Shown here one piece after another: positions 26,100 through 35,720 of a stretch of DNA of 64,000 bases (positions are counted from its first letter, which is position 1; each line of letters begins with the position of its first letter). Location: NCBI GenBank assembly GCA_963796455.1, contig CAWCLO010000001.1, positions 736,001 through 800,000 of the forward strand, in the 5' to 3' direction. A model generated the notes under the pieces. The model worked only from the letters and a program-made list of their open reading frames with translations, was not told the DNA's origin and did no database searches. This stretch comes from Candidatus Sulfomarinibacteraceae bacterium. Lineage in GTDB: Bacteria > Acidobacteriota > Thermoanaerobaculia > Thermoanaerobaculales > Sulfomarinibacteraceae. Both the position numbers and the translations under genes were made by a program.

Positions 26100-27161
26100 C
26101 TACCGCGAACCCGGCATCTCCTTGATATACACATCCTGCTTGGAGTACGGAATCTCGATTCCGGCAGCATTGAGGGCCTTGTACACGTTCCCGTTCAGGG
26201 TGTGGAGCACGCGACCTCGAAAGACCGGTTCCTCGATCCACGCCAGCAATTCAAAGACCAGACCGGAGGCGCCGAACTCGCGGAATCTGACCCGGGGCTT
26301 TGGTTCGGCGGAGAGATGTCCGACGCCCTCGATACACCCAAGAAGAACCTCTTCGACCTGATCGATATCCGATCCGTAGGCCGCTTCGACCTTGACTCGA
26401 ACCCGCATTTTTTCGTGCGGCCCGCCGGTCTGATTGACGATCTGGGCGTTGGCGATCACCGCATTCGGCACGGTGACTTCGACGTCATCCCGCGTCAAGA
26501 GCCGCGTCGATCGCATCCCGATCTCCAACACTTGACCGCGAATACTGTTGTCGAGCACGACGAAGTCCCCAACCTGGTACGGGGTGTCCGCCACAATGAA
26601 GATCCCTGAGAAGAGATTCGACAAGGTGTCTTTCGCGGCAAAACCAACGGCGATACCGAGCACTCCGGCCGATGCCAGCCACGAGGTGAGTGGGATCTCC
26701 CACGCAATACAAACGAAATACAAAAAACCGCCGGCCACCACGATCTTGAGGATCATCTCGAAAAGGGGCAGGGTCTTGGGTTCGATGAACTTCAGGCGAT
26801 CGACATTTCTGCTCACCACGAGCAAGAGGATTTTGCCGACGCGGAGCGCGGCCAGCGTCCACAGGAAGGCCAGGGCCGTCTTCACCACGCCGAGCACGAC
26901 GTAATCGATCTGCTCCGGTATATCGAACTCGAGATATGCCAGCATGACTCCGGTGAGCAGGATGGTCCAAATCAGGGGCTTTCGAACCTCCGCAGCAATC
27001 TTGTTGTCGACATCGGTGGTCGTCTTTTTTGTCACGATCTTGACCACCGTTCCGAAGAACAGCCGCACCAACAGGGACAGAAGGACCGTGACACCGAGAA
27101 TCACCACCTGTCTGACTCGAGGGTCATCGCCGAACGCCGACATGTATTGATCGAGACTCAT
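26100..27161 (-). CDS. Small-conductance mechanosensitive channel (MscS family)
   Basis: GIAVGFAAKDTLSN, PYQVGD, IGMRST, VPN, GIEIPY. Confidence 0.93.
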   Translation of the reverse strand: MSLDQYMSAFGDDPRVRQVVILGVTVLLSLLVRLFFGTVVKIVTKKTTTDVDNKIAAEVRKPLIWTILLTGVMLAYLEFDIPEQIDYVVLGVVKTALAFLWTLAALRVGKILLLVVSRNVDRLKFIEPKTLPLFEMILKIVVAGGFLYFVCIAWEIPLTSWLASAGVLGIAVGFAAKDTLSNLFSGIFIVADTPYQVGDFVVLDNSIRGQVLEIGMRSTRLLTRDDVEVTVPNAVIANAQIVNQTGGPHEKMRVRVKVEAAYGSDIDQVEEVLLGCIEGVGHLSAEPKPRVRFREFGASGLVFELLAWIEEPVFRGRVLHTLNGNVYKALNAAGIEIPYSKQDVYIKEMPGSR

Positions 27162-27315
27162 CACAACTCCTTCGCGGCTGATCCTGTTGAATTGGTGCCG
27201 CTCTTGAATCAATAGAGGCGAGCAGTATATCGCGCCGAACTGCCGCCACAGCGTCGCCCTCTGCTAGACTTTCGAACGCGATTCCGAAAGCACCAAACGC
27301 TCCGGGGGAACCACC

Positions 27316-29109
27316 ATGGAATTTACGGATTTCAAGAATGTGCACGAAATGCTCACCGCCACCGTCAACCGCTTCGGTCCAAGACCCGCCTATCGAAGCA
27401 TCACCGAAAGCGGCGATCTGAGTTCCATCTCGTGGATCGAGTTTTACGACGAGGTCCGGCGGACGGCCAAGAGTTTGATCGCCCTCGGGATCTCAAAAGG
27501 CGACAAGGCCGATATCCTGAGTTATTCGAACTACCGCTGGGTACTGACGGATATCGCACTGGCAACAATCGGCTCCTGCGCGGTTGGTATTTATCACTCG
27601 CTTCTGGCAAAGGATGTCGGGCACATCGTCAATCATTCTGATGCCGTCCTGATCTTTGCAGAGGACGAAGATCAGCTTGCCAAACTGCTGTCCATCCGCA
27701 ACGATCTGCCCGAAGTCCGCAAGGTCATCCTCTTCAAGGGCACGCCGCCGGACGATCCGTGGGTCATCGGTTTCGAAGACTTTCTCGACCTCGGCGCCGA
27801 CATCAAAGATGACGATCTGGACGCCCGGATAAAAGACGTCTCGGCAAGCGACGTCGCCACCATCGTCTATACCTCCGGAACAACTGGTGTTCCCAAAGGG
27901 GCGGTCCTCACCCACGACAACCTCACATTTACCGCTCAGACGGTGTACCACTCGTTCGAATCCGCTGACGGCGATGTGACGCTGCTCTTTTTGCCACTTG
28001 CACACGTCTTTGCCCGCACCTGCGTCTATACCGCTCTCTACATGGGGGCGACCACGGTGTTCGCGCGAGGAATCGAGAGCATCAGCGAAGATTTCAAGAT
28101 CGCACAGCCGCATTGGTTTCCCAGTGTGCCGCGGGTGTATGAGAAGGTCCATACCAAGATCATCTCCGGCGCCCAGGCGAAGGGAGGATTGGCGCTCAAG
28201 ATTTTCAACTGGGCCCTTTCGGTCGGCAATCAGGTCAGCGATCTCAAGCTCGCCAAAAGGCCGATCCCACCGCTTCTCGGCATCAAATACGGTCTCGCGA
28301 CCAAGCTGGTCTTTTCCAAGGTTCAGGATGCGCTCGGAGGCCGGGTCCGCTGGTGCATCTCGGGCGCCGCGCCCATCAACCCGGAGATCGCGAAGTTCTT
28401 TCACGCCGCTGGGGTGCTGGTTCTCGAAGGAATCGGCATGACCGAGAACACCTCCTTCACCAACATCAACCGATACGACAACTACCGCTTTGGCTGGGTT
28501 GGGCCCACCGGGCCCGGGATCGAGCAGAAAACCGGAGACGACGGTGAAGTCCTCTACCGCGGTCGAAACATCATGCGCGAGTACTACAAGATGCCCGCCG
28601 AAACCGCAGAGACCCTGACCGAGGACGGCTGGCAGCACACCGGTGACCTCGGCGAGATCGACGACGAGGGCTTCTTGAAGATCACCGGTCGGAAGAAGGA
28701 TCTGATCATCACCGCCGGCGGCAAGAACGTCGCCCCCTCGGCCATCGAAGGTCTCATTGCCACCTCGAAGTACATCAGCCAGGTGTGCGTGGTCGGTGAC
28801 CGGCAGAAATACCTGACCGCCCTGATCACCGTCGATGCGGACAACATCAGGGCCTGGGCAAAGGAACAGGGGATCGCCGACGACAAGCTCGAGGTCCTGT
28901 TGGCGGACGAGAGAACCAACGACCACATTCGGTTGATCGTCGAAGACATGAACAAAAACTTCGCCTCCTTCGAGACCATCAAGGATTTCCGTCTGCTGGA
29001 AGAGTTTTCCATCGAGAACGGGCTCTTGACCCCGACCCTGAAGGTGAAGCGAAACGTGGCGATGGAACGGTTCTCGGATGTGATCGAGGAGATGTATCGC
29101 GAAGGGTAG
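27316..29109 (+). CDS. Long-chain fatty acid-CoA ligase
   Basis: YTSGTTGVPKG, GIGMTE, TGDLG, GRKKD, TPTLK. Confidence 0.93.
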   Translation: MEFTDFKNVHEMLTATVNRFGPRPAYRSITESGDLSSISWIEFYDEVRRTAKSLIALGISKGDKADILSYSNYRWVLTDIALATIGSCAVGIYHSLLAKDVGHIVNHSDAVLIFAEDEDQLAKLLSIRNDLPEVRKVILFKGTPPDDPWVIGFEDFLDLGADIKDDDLDARIKDVSASDVATIVYTSGTTGVPKGAVLTHDNLTFTAQTVYHSFESADGDVTLLFLPLAHVFARTCVYTALYMGATTVFARGIESISEDFKIAQPHWFPSVPRVYEKVHTKIISGAQAKGGLALKIFNWALSVGNQVSDLKLAKRPIPPLLGIKYGLATKLVFSKVQDALGGRVRWCISGAAPINPEIAKFFHAAGVLVLEGIGMTENTSFTNINRYDNYRFGWVGPTGPGIEQKTGDDGEVLYRGRNIMREYYKMPAETAETLTEDGWQHTGDLGEIDDEGFLKITGRKKDLIITAGGKNVAPSAIEGLIATSKYISQVCVVGDRQKYLTALITVDADNIRAWAKEQGIADDKLEVLLADERTNDHIRLIVEDMNKNFASFETIKDFRLLEEFSIENGLLTPTLKVKRNVAMERFSDVIEEMYREG

Positions 29110-29170
29110 ATTCGCAAGTTCGGAGTTCGGAATTCGGAATTCTGAGTTTGCGGTTTGGGGTTTGGAATTG
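29110..29170. repeat. Degenerate 7-bp tandem array (AGTTCGG/AATTCGG/GGTTTGG)
   Basis: About eight 7-bp units directly after a stop codon. Confidence 0.75.
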
Positions 29171-29220
29171 TCGGCCGTTGTCCGACGGTTGTTCCTTGGG
29201 AGATCAAACAGGAGGCCACC

Positions 29221-29862
29221 ATGTCCGGCAAACCGCAGGAGTACGCAGGCGAAAAAATTACCATTCGATTTGACGGATCGAAGTGCATCCACTCGCGGAA
29301 CTGCGTGCTGGGTCTGCCGAATGTCTTTGTTGCCAACGCCACGGGGCCCTGGATCCAGCCCGACAACGGCACCGTCGAGGAACTGACAGCGGTCGCTCGG
29401 AGCTGTCCCTCCGGAGCTATCACCTACGAACGGCACGACGGCGGCGAGGCGGAACGGGCTCCCGACGTCAACGTCATCCGGGTGCTGGAAAACGGGCCGC
29501 TGGCGATCACCGCGGAGCTCGCGATTGAGGGGCAAGAACCGGCCACCAGGGCCACCCTCTGTCGTTGCGGCGCCTCCAAGAACAAACCCTACTGCGACGG
29601 CAGGCACAAGGAGGCCGGTTTTACCGCCACCGGCGAGCCGACCACCGAGGAATCCGAAGCTCTGGATGTGCGCAACGGATTGCTCGAGATCACCCCATTT
29701 CCGGACGGTCCGCTCGGTCTCTCGGGCAACGTCGAGATCTGCGCAGGGACCGGACGGACCCTCAACCGGGTGACCAAGACAGCGCTCTGCCGCTGCGGGG
29801 CCTCTGAGAACAAACCCTATTGTGACGGATCGCACCGGAAGGTGGGCTTCACCTCAAAGTGA
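29221..29862 (+). CDS. CDGSH iron-sulfur protein with N-terminal ferredoxin-like domain
   Basis: CIHSRNC...CPSGA plus two CRCGxSxNKPYCDG(R/S)H motifs. Confidence 0.92.
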   Translation: MSGKPQEYAGEKITIRFDGSKCIHSRNCVLGLPNVFVANATGPWIQPDNGTVEELTAVARSCPSGAITYERHDGGEAERAPDVNVIRVLENGPLAITAELAIEGQEPATRATLCRCGASKNKPYCDGRHKEAGFTATGEPTTEESEALDVRNGLLEITPFPDGPLGLSGNVEICAGTGRTLNRVTKTALCRCGASENKPYCDGSHRKVGFTSK

Positions 29863-29906
29863 CCGTGGCCTCGGAAGGGGCACATCCCGAAATCAAGGAG
29901 AGTGAC

Positions 29907-30881
29907 ATGGGACTTCTCGTCGACGGCGAGTGGAAAGATCAGTGGTATGACACCGGGAAAACCGGCGGGCGTTTTGTTCGCAAAACACCGCAGTTCCGAA
30001 ATCGGGTGAGCGCCGATGGTTCGTCCGGTTTCAGAGCCGAGTCGGGGCGCTATCACCTCTACGTGAGCTATGCCTGCCCGTGGGCACACCGGACCCTGAT
30101 ATACCGAAGCCTCAAAGGACTCGAAAAGCACATCTCGGTGTCGGTGGTCAATCCCATCATGCTCGAGAACGGTTGGACCTTCGCCCCAGCGCCCGGGGTG
30201 GTTCCCGATCCGATTCTGGGTGCGGAATTCCTCCACCAGATCTACACGGCCGCCGACCCCCACTACACCGGGCGGGTGACGGTTCCAATCCTCTGGGACC
30301 GGGAGACCGCAACCATCGTCAACAACGAATCGTCGGAAATCATCCGTTTTTTCGACTCCGAGTTCAATGACGCCGGAGCCTCCGGACCCGTCTACTGCCC
30401 GCCGGAGCTGCTCTCTGAAATCGACGACCTCAACGCGTTCGTCTACAAAAGCGTCAACAACGGCGTTTACAAATCTGGCTTTGCAACCACCCAGGAAGCT
30501 TATGAAGAGCCGGTCAACGCCCTGTTCGCAGCGCTCGATCAGCTCGAACTCAGGCTCCACGGCAACCGATATCTCCTCGGCGAGCAATTGACCGAGGCCG
30601 ATTGGCGCCTCTTCACCACTCTCCTCCGTTTCGACCCGGTGTATGTCGGCCACTTCAAATGCAACATCCGGCGCCTCGTCGACTACCCGAATCTCTGGGG
30701 CTACACCCGTGAGCTTTACCAGTATCCCGGTGTGGCCGAGACCGTGCACATGGACCACATCAAGGACCACTACTATCGCAGCCACCCGACCATCAACCCC
30801 ACCGGAGTGGTTCCAGCGGGACCTCACATTGATTTTCTAGAACCACATTTGCGGGAGGCAATCGGCGCAAACCCCAGATAA
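29907..30881 (+). CDS. yqjG: Glutathionyl-hydroquinone reductase (Xi-class GST)
   Basis: CPWAHR, TVPILWD, NNESSEI, NNGVY, HIKDHYY. Confidence 0.92.
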   Translation: MGLLVDGEWKDQWYDTGKTGGRFVRKTPQFRNRVSADGSSGFRAESGRYHLYVSYACPWAHRTLIYRSLKGLEKHISVSVVNPIMLENGWTFAPAPGVVPDPILGAEFLHQIYTAADPHYTGRVTVPILWDRETATIVNNESSEIIRFFDSEFNDAGASGPVYCPPELLSEIDDLNAFVYKSVNNGVYKSGFATTQEAYEEPVNALFAALDQLELRLHGNRYLLGEQLTEADWRLFTTLLRFDPVYVGHFKCNIRRLVDYPNLWGYTRELYQYPGVAETVHMDHIKDHYYRSHPTINPTGVVPAGPHIDFLEPHLREAIGANPR

Positions 30882-30996
30882 CGCGATGGACCCTCTCCCT
30901 TTCCCCCGTTCACCAATCCGGGTACGAAAAACCCATCCGAACAGCCGGCCGCTCACTCCCGAGAGATCGGACATCTTGAATCGGCCTCCGCCACGG

Positions 30997-31028
30997 AAAA
31001 GATGGGCCGGCGTTACACCGGCCCATCT
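30997..31028 (-). terminator. Intrinsic terminator
   Basis: AGATGGGCCGG stem with a U-run on the minus strand. Confidence 0.7.
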
Positions 31029-31070
31029 CGTTGTCGGTTGTTCCTGAGGTCACCACCTCAGATCAAAACC

Positions 31071-33216
31071 CTATGGTTCGAGACTCGTCGAGTCGTACAA
31101 CGGCCCTTGATCGACACAGGTGCCCTTGACACTGTGCGGCACACAGACCTGGACCGTCGCGCTGCACAGACCGCCGCGACCGTCATCCGCGGTAAAGGTC
31201 AGGTGGTAGACGCGACCGTCGCCGGGAACCTTCTTGGTGCCGGAGCGTTCGGCTCGCACATCGGCCGATTCCGTCCCGACACCCATCCCATCCGGCTCGA
31301 AGGAGCCGTCGCCGGCGGTCTCCACCGGCTCGTCCTGGAAGATGGAATCGATGGTGATCGCAAGAACATCTCCGTCTGGGTCCGAGACATCCATGATCGC
31401 AACCGGCACGAATTTGTGATTGGGCGGCCACACGCGATCGGGACCTGCGGAAGCACCACTGCAATCTGGAGGCTGATTCGGAGTATACGTGGCGGTGTCA
31501 GCAGCCTCACAGCTCAGCCCGCCGTCGCAGTACTCGACCGCAGCCCAGAAGGTGAGGTCTTCCGGATCCGTGCACGCGAGACCCGGATTGGTGACCGTGA
31601 CCACGTTGTCCGGGTCGATCGACACACCAAGGCACGTGTTGCCCTCGAAGGACCAGACCACGTTCCCGGGATCCACCACCAGATAGGCGTCAAGATCAAA
31701 AGTATCAAAGGGATAGACCTGGTCTTCGATCCCAGAGACCTCGGGCGTCTGCTGAACGGTGATCGTCGCCGCATCGTCCGCTTCACCAGGGGTTCCCCCG
31801 CCGACGGGAACCACCTCGAGTACGGCCTCCCACTCGTGTAAACCGACCGAATCCGAAACCACAGTCCATGTGAAGGTATCGCTACCGGTGAAATCGTTCA
31901 GATTCAGTGTGTAGACCAACCCACCGTCGTTGTAAAAGGTGAGCGTCCCATCAACACTGAACCTCTCCACGGTGTAGTCGACGACCACGTCGTATGAATC
32001 CACATCGCAAACGCATTCAGCAAGGGTGATCGCTACCTCAACAGGTGGTGGAGGCGCGAGCCGCTGCAGGGTCAGAAGCGCCCACCCTGACGACAGCACA
32101 TATGGATTCCATCGTTCCCAACAGTCCCTTGGCCAGCTCCCGTCACCGAGTTGGGAGTTGACCAAGACATCGGCAAACTGATCCGGGTCGAGGAACCAAT
32201 CGATTTCTTCCCCACCGACTGTGATGGTATCGATATCGAGGCTCTCAAGACCTTTCATCAGGTTGTACATGGCCTGTAGGTGTGTCGGAGGATTCCATCC
32301 TGTTCCACAGCCCCCCGGGTCGTTCCAGTGATTCTGGATGTACGCCATGGCGTCCTGAACACGTTGAGTCGCGGTCGTGTCGCCCACAAATGACATCTGG
32401 ACCAACAAATTGCCCGTCTTCAAGAGATTCTCCCAATCACCGGGAGACGATCGTATCCCGAGCCCCCGTCCGGACTCTGAATATAATCGATCCACAGATT
32501 GAGTTCGGATTTTACGAACGGAGGGATCGTGCTCGCAAACCCGAAGGCCGGGGCTTCAGCGTACCGAAGCCCGAGACACAACATATCCAGAAAAGCAGTT
32601 ATCGCTACGATAGCACTGGTTATTTGCGTAGTCGTAGTTCCAGCCGCCGCGGTATTGGCAGGCTGGGTCTGTCTGCGCCCACGCCAACCAATCAACCAGG
32701 TTTTGAACTACGACTCCATATGTCTGTCCCGTCAGCGGCCCAGCCGGTCACTGCCCTCGTCGGCTCCCTGCTTGAGACAACGGCCATCAGAGCGATACCA
32801 GTGGAGTAATTCGCATAGTGGATCTGAGTCGAAGATACCGACCCCCACTCCGTCCCCGTTTGAATCCGGATCGCCCGCAATCTGCGAATTGAAGGTAAAA
32901 CCAGTACATCACGGCCGAGAGCAAATAGTTTAGGCCGTCGATTACGTTCTGGGAGTACGGATATCCAGGGTCGAATGGAGAATCCATACCCGAGTTCGAA
33001 TGCACGTTCCTGAAGATTGACAAGGGCAATCCCGGTGGTGGCCACCTATTCTCCGCTACCCCACGAACCATTCGGGTTTTGAGTACTCGCAAGCCACGCG
33101 AGTCCGTCATCGATGGCCGTATGGATCTCCTCCTCGGTCGCCGCCCATGTCGGTGCGGTTCCGAGAAAACAACAAGAAAAGAACACAATCGACGCACAGA
33201 ACAATCTCCACCTCAT
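31071..33216 (-). CDS. Large secreted protein with prenyltransferase/squalene-cyclase-like repeats and Ig-like C-terminal domains; multiple frameshifts
   Basis: RBS GAAGGAG and signal peptide at 33216; Q..DGSW-type repeats; C-terminal WPPNHK...ERSG..DGRVY module; N-half split over several frames. Confidence 0.6.
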
Positions 33217-33408
33217 CACAATTCTCCTTCATATTTGAATATCTGGATCAGGACAAGAATCGACACCGCGATCTTTCAGCTGCTCTCCAAAGGCACCACC
33301 TCCCCGCCGAAGGCGCATCTCCCCCATTCAGCCGATGGGCACATCGCACTGCCGGTAGGAACACTCCTCCAAACCGCTTCCGTTTCATTTCTCTGCGTTG
33401 TGATTAGG

Positions 33409-33477
33409 AATGTAGGTTTTGTGGACACTCTTGTCCACAATCATTTGAGCAATAACTCATTTTATTTCAATTATTTA
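33409..33477 (-). promoter_or_regulatory. Sigma70-like promoter with overlapping palindrome and AT-rich upstream site
   Basis: Minus strand TGGACA-17-TACATT; perfect IR TTGTGGACA-N4-TGTCCACAA at 33419-33440; AT-rich 25-mer at 33453-33477. Confidence 0.5.
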
Positions 33478-33662
33478 ATAATGATAACTGTTTACAGATC
33501 ATCTATAGACAGGCGACTGCAGAATAAATGGGCATATTGGGGCAGTAAGTCGGAGAATCATATAAGACAAAGGGCCAATCTGAAGGACCGTCCCGGTCAA
33601 TGGGCGCCGTCCCCCAGGGCGGCGACTTTCACACTATCGAATACTCCCCCCGGCCGTGGTGA

Positions 33663-33998
33663 TCAATCGACCCGTTCGAGGGTCGCCACGACATTGGTGT
33701 CGTCACCCGCGACGACGACGAGGTCGCGGGTCCACGTCTGATAACCCCGGAGGCGGAATTCGATCTTGTGGGTGCCCGCCAGGAGATCGAGTCTGACCGG
33801 TGCGGTTCCGCGGAACTCTCCGTCGATGGAGACTTCGGCCATGCCGGGACGAGAATCCAACGCGACGGTGGCCGACGGAGGAGGTGGAGGCGGGTTCTTC
33901 ACGTTGCCGGATTCGTCCACCGATATACAGGCAACGGAACCCGACAACAGCAGGATCAACGACAAAAGGGAAAAAACTCGGGATGCAATATTCGCCAT
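33663..33998 (-). CDS. PEGA-domain lipoprotein
   Basis: Lipobox SVAC, Pro linker, SRP..AEVSIDG..RG.AP...GTH.IE...GY. Confidence 0.85.
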   Translation of the reverse strand: MANIASRVFSLLSLILLLSGSVACISVDESGNVKNPPPPPPSATVALDSRPGMAEVSIDGEFRGTAPVRLDLLAGTHKIEFRLRGYQTWTRDLVVVAGDDTNVVATLERVD

Positions 33999-34074
33999 GC
34001 AAGCCTCCTGGTATTTATACGTCCGTCGTCCTTGCTGCGTTCTGATCAATCCACACCGCGGAGATTCACCGGCA

Positions 34075-34114
34075 CCCTTTCTCCCTTTCTCCTCTGCCCC
34101 TCTGCCCCTCTGCC
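34075..34114. repeat. 8-bp tandem array (CCCTTTCT/CCTCTGCC)
   Basis: Five 8-bp pyrimidine-rich units in an intergenic region. Confidence 0.7.
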
Positions 34115-34171
34115 ATTCTCGGGCACAGGCACAGACTCAATCCTCAAGCTCCAGGGCCCAAGCCCCAAACC

Positions 34172-34525
34172 CTACTTATCCGACCACACCGCGAGTTGGT
34201 TGCCCGAGGGGTCGGCAAACTCGAATCTCCTGCCACCGGGAAAGCTGAAAATCTCCTTGACGATCGTGCCGCCGGCCGATCGGACCGCCGCCTCGACCCC
34301 TTCGAGATCCACAGCGTAGATCACGACAAGCGGTCCACCGGTGATGACCTCGTTTTCCTTGCGCAGACCTCCGTTCAACCGCCCATCCTCGAAGCTCGAA
34401 TAGTCGGGGCCCCAGTCCTGGAATGCCCAACCGAATGCGCCGGAATAAAAGGCCTTGGCGGCCTCGATATCGGTGGTCGGGAATTCGATGTAGTCGATTC
34501 TCCGGTCATGCTCTTCCTGACCCAT
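34172..34525 (-). CDS. VOC/glyoxalase-family protein (in frame with the upstream peptidase)
   Basis: IDYIEF, FY..AFGW, PGGRRFEFADPSGN; has its own RBS AGGAGG and ATG. Confidence 0.85.
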   Translation of the reverse strand: MGQEEHDRRIDYIEFPTTDIEAAKAFYSGAFGWAFQDWGPDYSSFEDGRLNGGLRKENEVITGGPLVVIYAVDLEGVEAAVRSAGGTIVKEIFSFPGGRRFEFADPSGNQLAVWSDK

Positions 34526-35659
34526 GGGATCCTCCTGTCTGTGTGATTCAGCGAGCATATCCTGGAGCACCTCGATCGGAAAGGCCTCCAGCGTGTGGCC
34601 CTGATACCCGGTGACCGTGGTCGCGGTGAGGAGCGAGTTCAGTACCGCCTCCTCGACCGCCTCGACAGTGGCGAGAAAGAGCGGACTGGTGAAGTCGTTG
34701 GCGAGCAACTCATCGAATCGAGTCATTTCCTCGGCGGTATAAGGAACGGAGTTCCGGGTCGAAAACGCGATCACGAAATCTCCCGATCCGTTGCTCATAT
34801 AGGACCCGGTCCGGGCCAGACCCATCACCGCCCGCGAGGCCATCCGCTCGAGGTTGCGAGGCGAGAGAGGCGCGTCGGTGGCGAGGACGATCATGCACGA
34901 TCCCCCACTCGCCTCCACTCCGCCGCGGTAGGGCACGCGCCCGAGGCGCTCGCCGACCTGCATTCCATCAACGGTCAGCACCCCGCCGAAATTCGACTGA
35001 ACGAGAGCGCCCACCGTGAAGCCCCCACGATCCTCCGGGAGGACCCTCGAAGCGGTCCCGATTCCCCCCTTGAAGCCAAAGACGCTGGTGCCGGTTCCGG
35101 CGCCTATGGAGCCCTCGGCAACCGGGCCCTCGGAGGCGTCCTCGATCGCCCGTTCCACATCGACCGCGTTGATCGCGCAACGTCTGATATCGTTCAACCA
35201 ACCGTCGTTGGTCTCCCCCACCACCGCGTTGACCGACTGCACTTCTTCGTTACCGGGTTGCAGCAGGGTCCAATCCACCACCGCCTGAACCGCGGTTCCG
35301 ACACACAGAGTGTTGGTCAGAACGATGGGTGTTTCCAGGTTGCCGAGTTCCTGAACCTGGAGAAAACCGGCCGCCTTGCCAAATGCGTTGGCCGGAAAAA
35401 CCGCCGCCGGCACTTTGGACTGAAAGAGATTGTCGCCATGCGGGAGAATGGCCGTCACTCCGTGCGGACCGAACGGCCCTCGATCACTGTCCGGTGCCCT
35501 ACCGCCACGCCCGCCACATCGGTGATCGCGTTCAGTGGCCCCGGTTCGAGCACCCCTGGCTCGATCCCGAGTTCACGAAGTCGCGGACGTTCCGAAGCGA
35601 GAGCAAAGCCTGAGCAGCATACGAAAAGGGATAAAAACGACAAGGGTATTTCGGGACAC
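34526..35659 (-). CDS. dmpA: DmpA/P1 (S58) aminopeptidase, frameshifted near 35458
   Basis: NAITDVAGVAVGH, GAGTG, KGGIGTASR, G|SC cleavage site, NGSGDF. Confidence 0.88.
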
Positions 35660-35720
35660 TGAGACCCTCCACTGTGATCATTGGGCCACAGTGTCCCACA
35701 ATCAATGCCCGGGGTACTGG

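Noticed and set aside
27493..29835. Long antisense ORFs (780 aa here; also 5837-7357 and 22748-24211)
   Set aside because: Shadow frames of well-supported genes on the opposite strand in GC-rich DNA, with no recognisable motifs.
33419..33490. Replication origin (TTGTCCACA box plus AT-rich tract)
   Set aside because: Only one or two imperfect DnaA-like boxes and no dnaA or parAB context; it fits a promoter/operator better.
34172..35458. DmpA-glyoxalase fusion protein
   Set aside because: The VOC part has its own strong RBS and ATG at 34525, and the region is indel-prone, so a lost stop codon is more likely.
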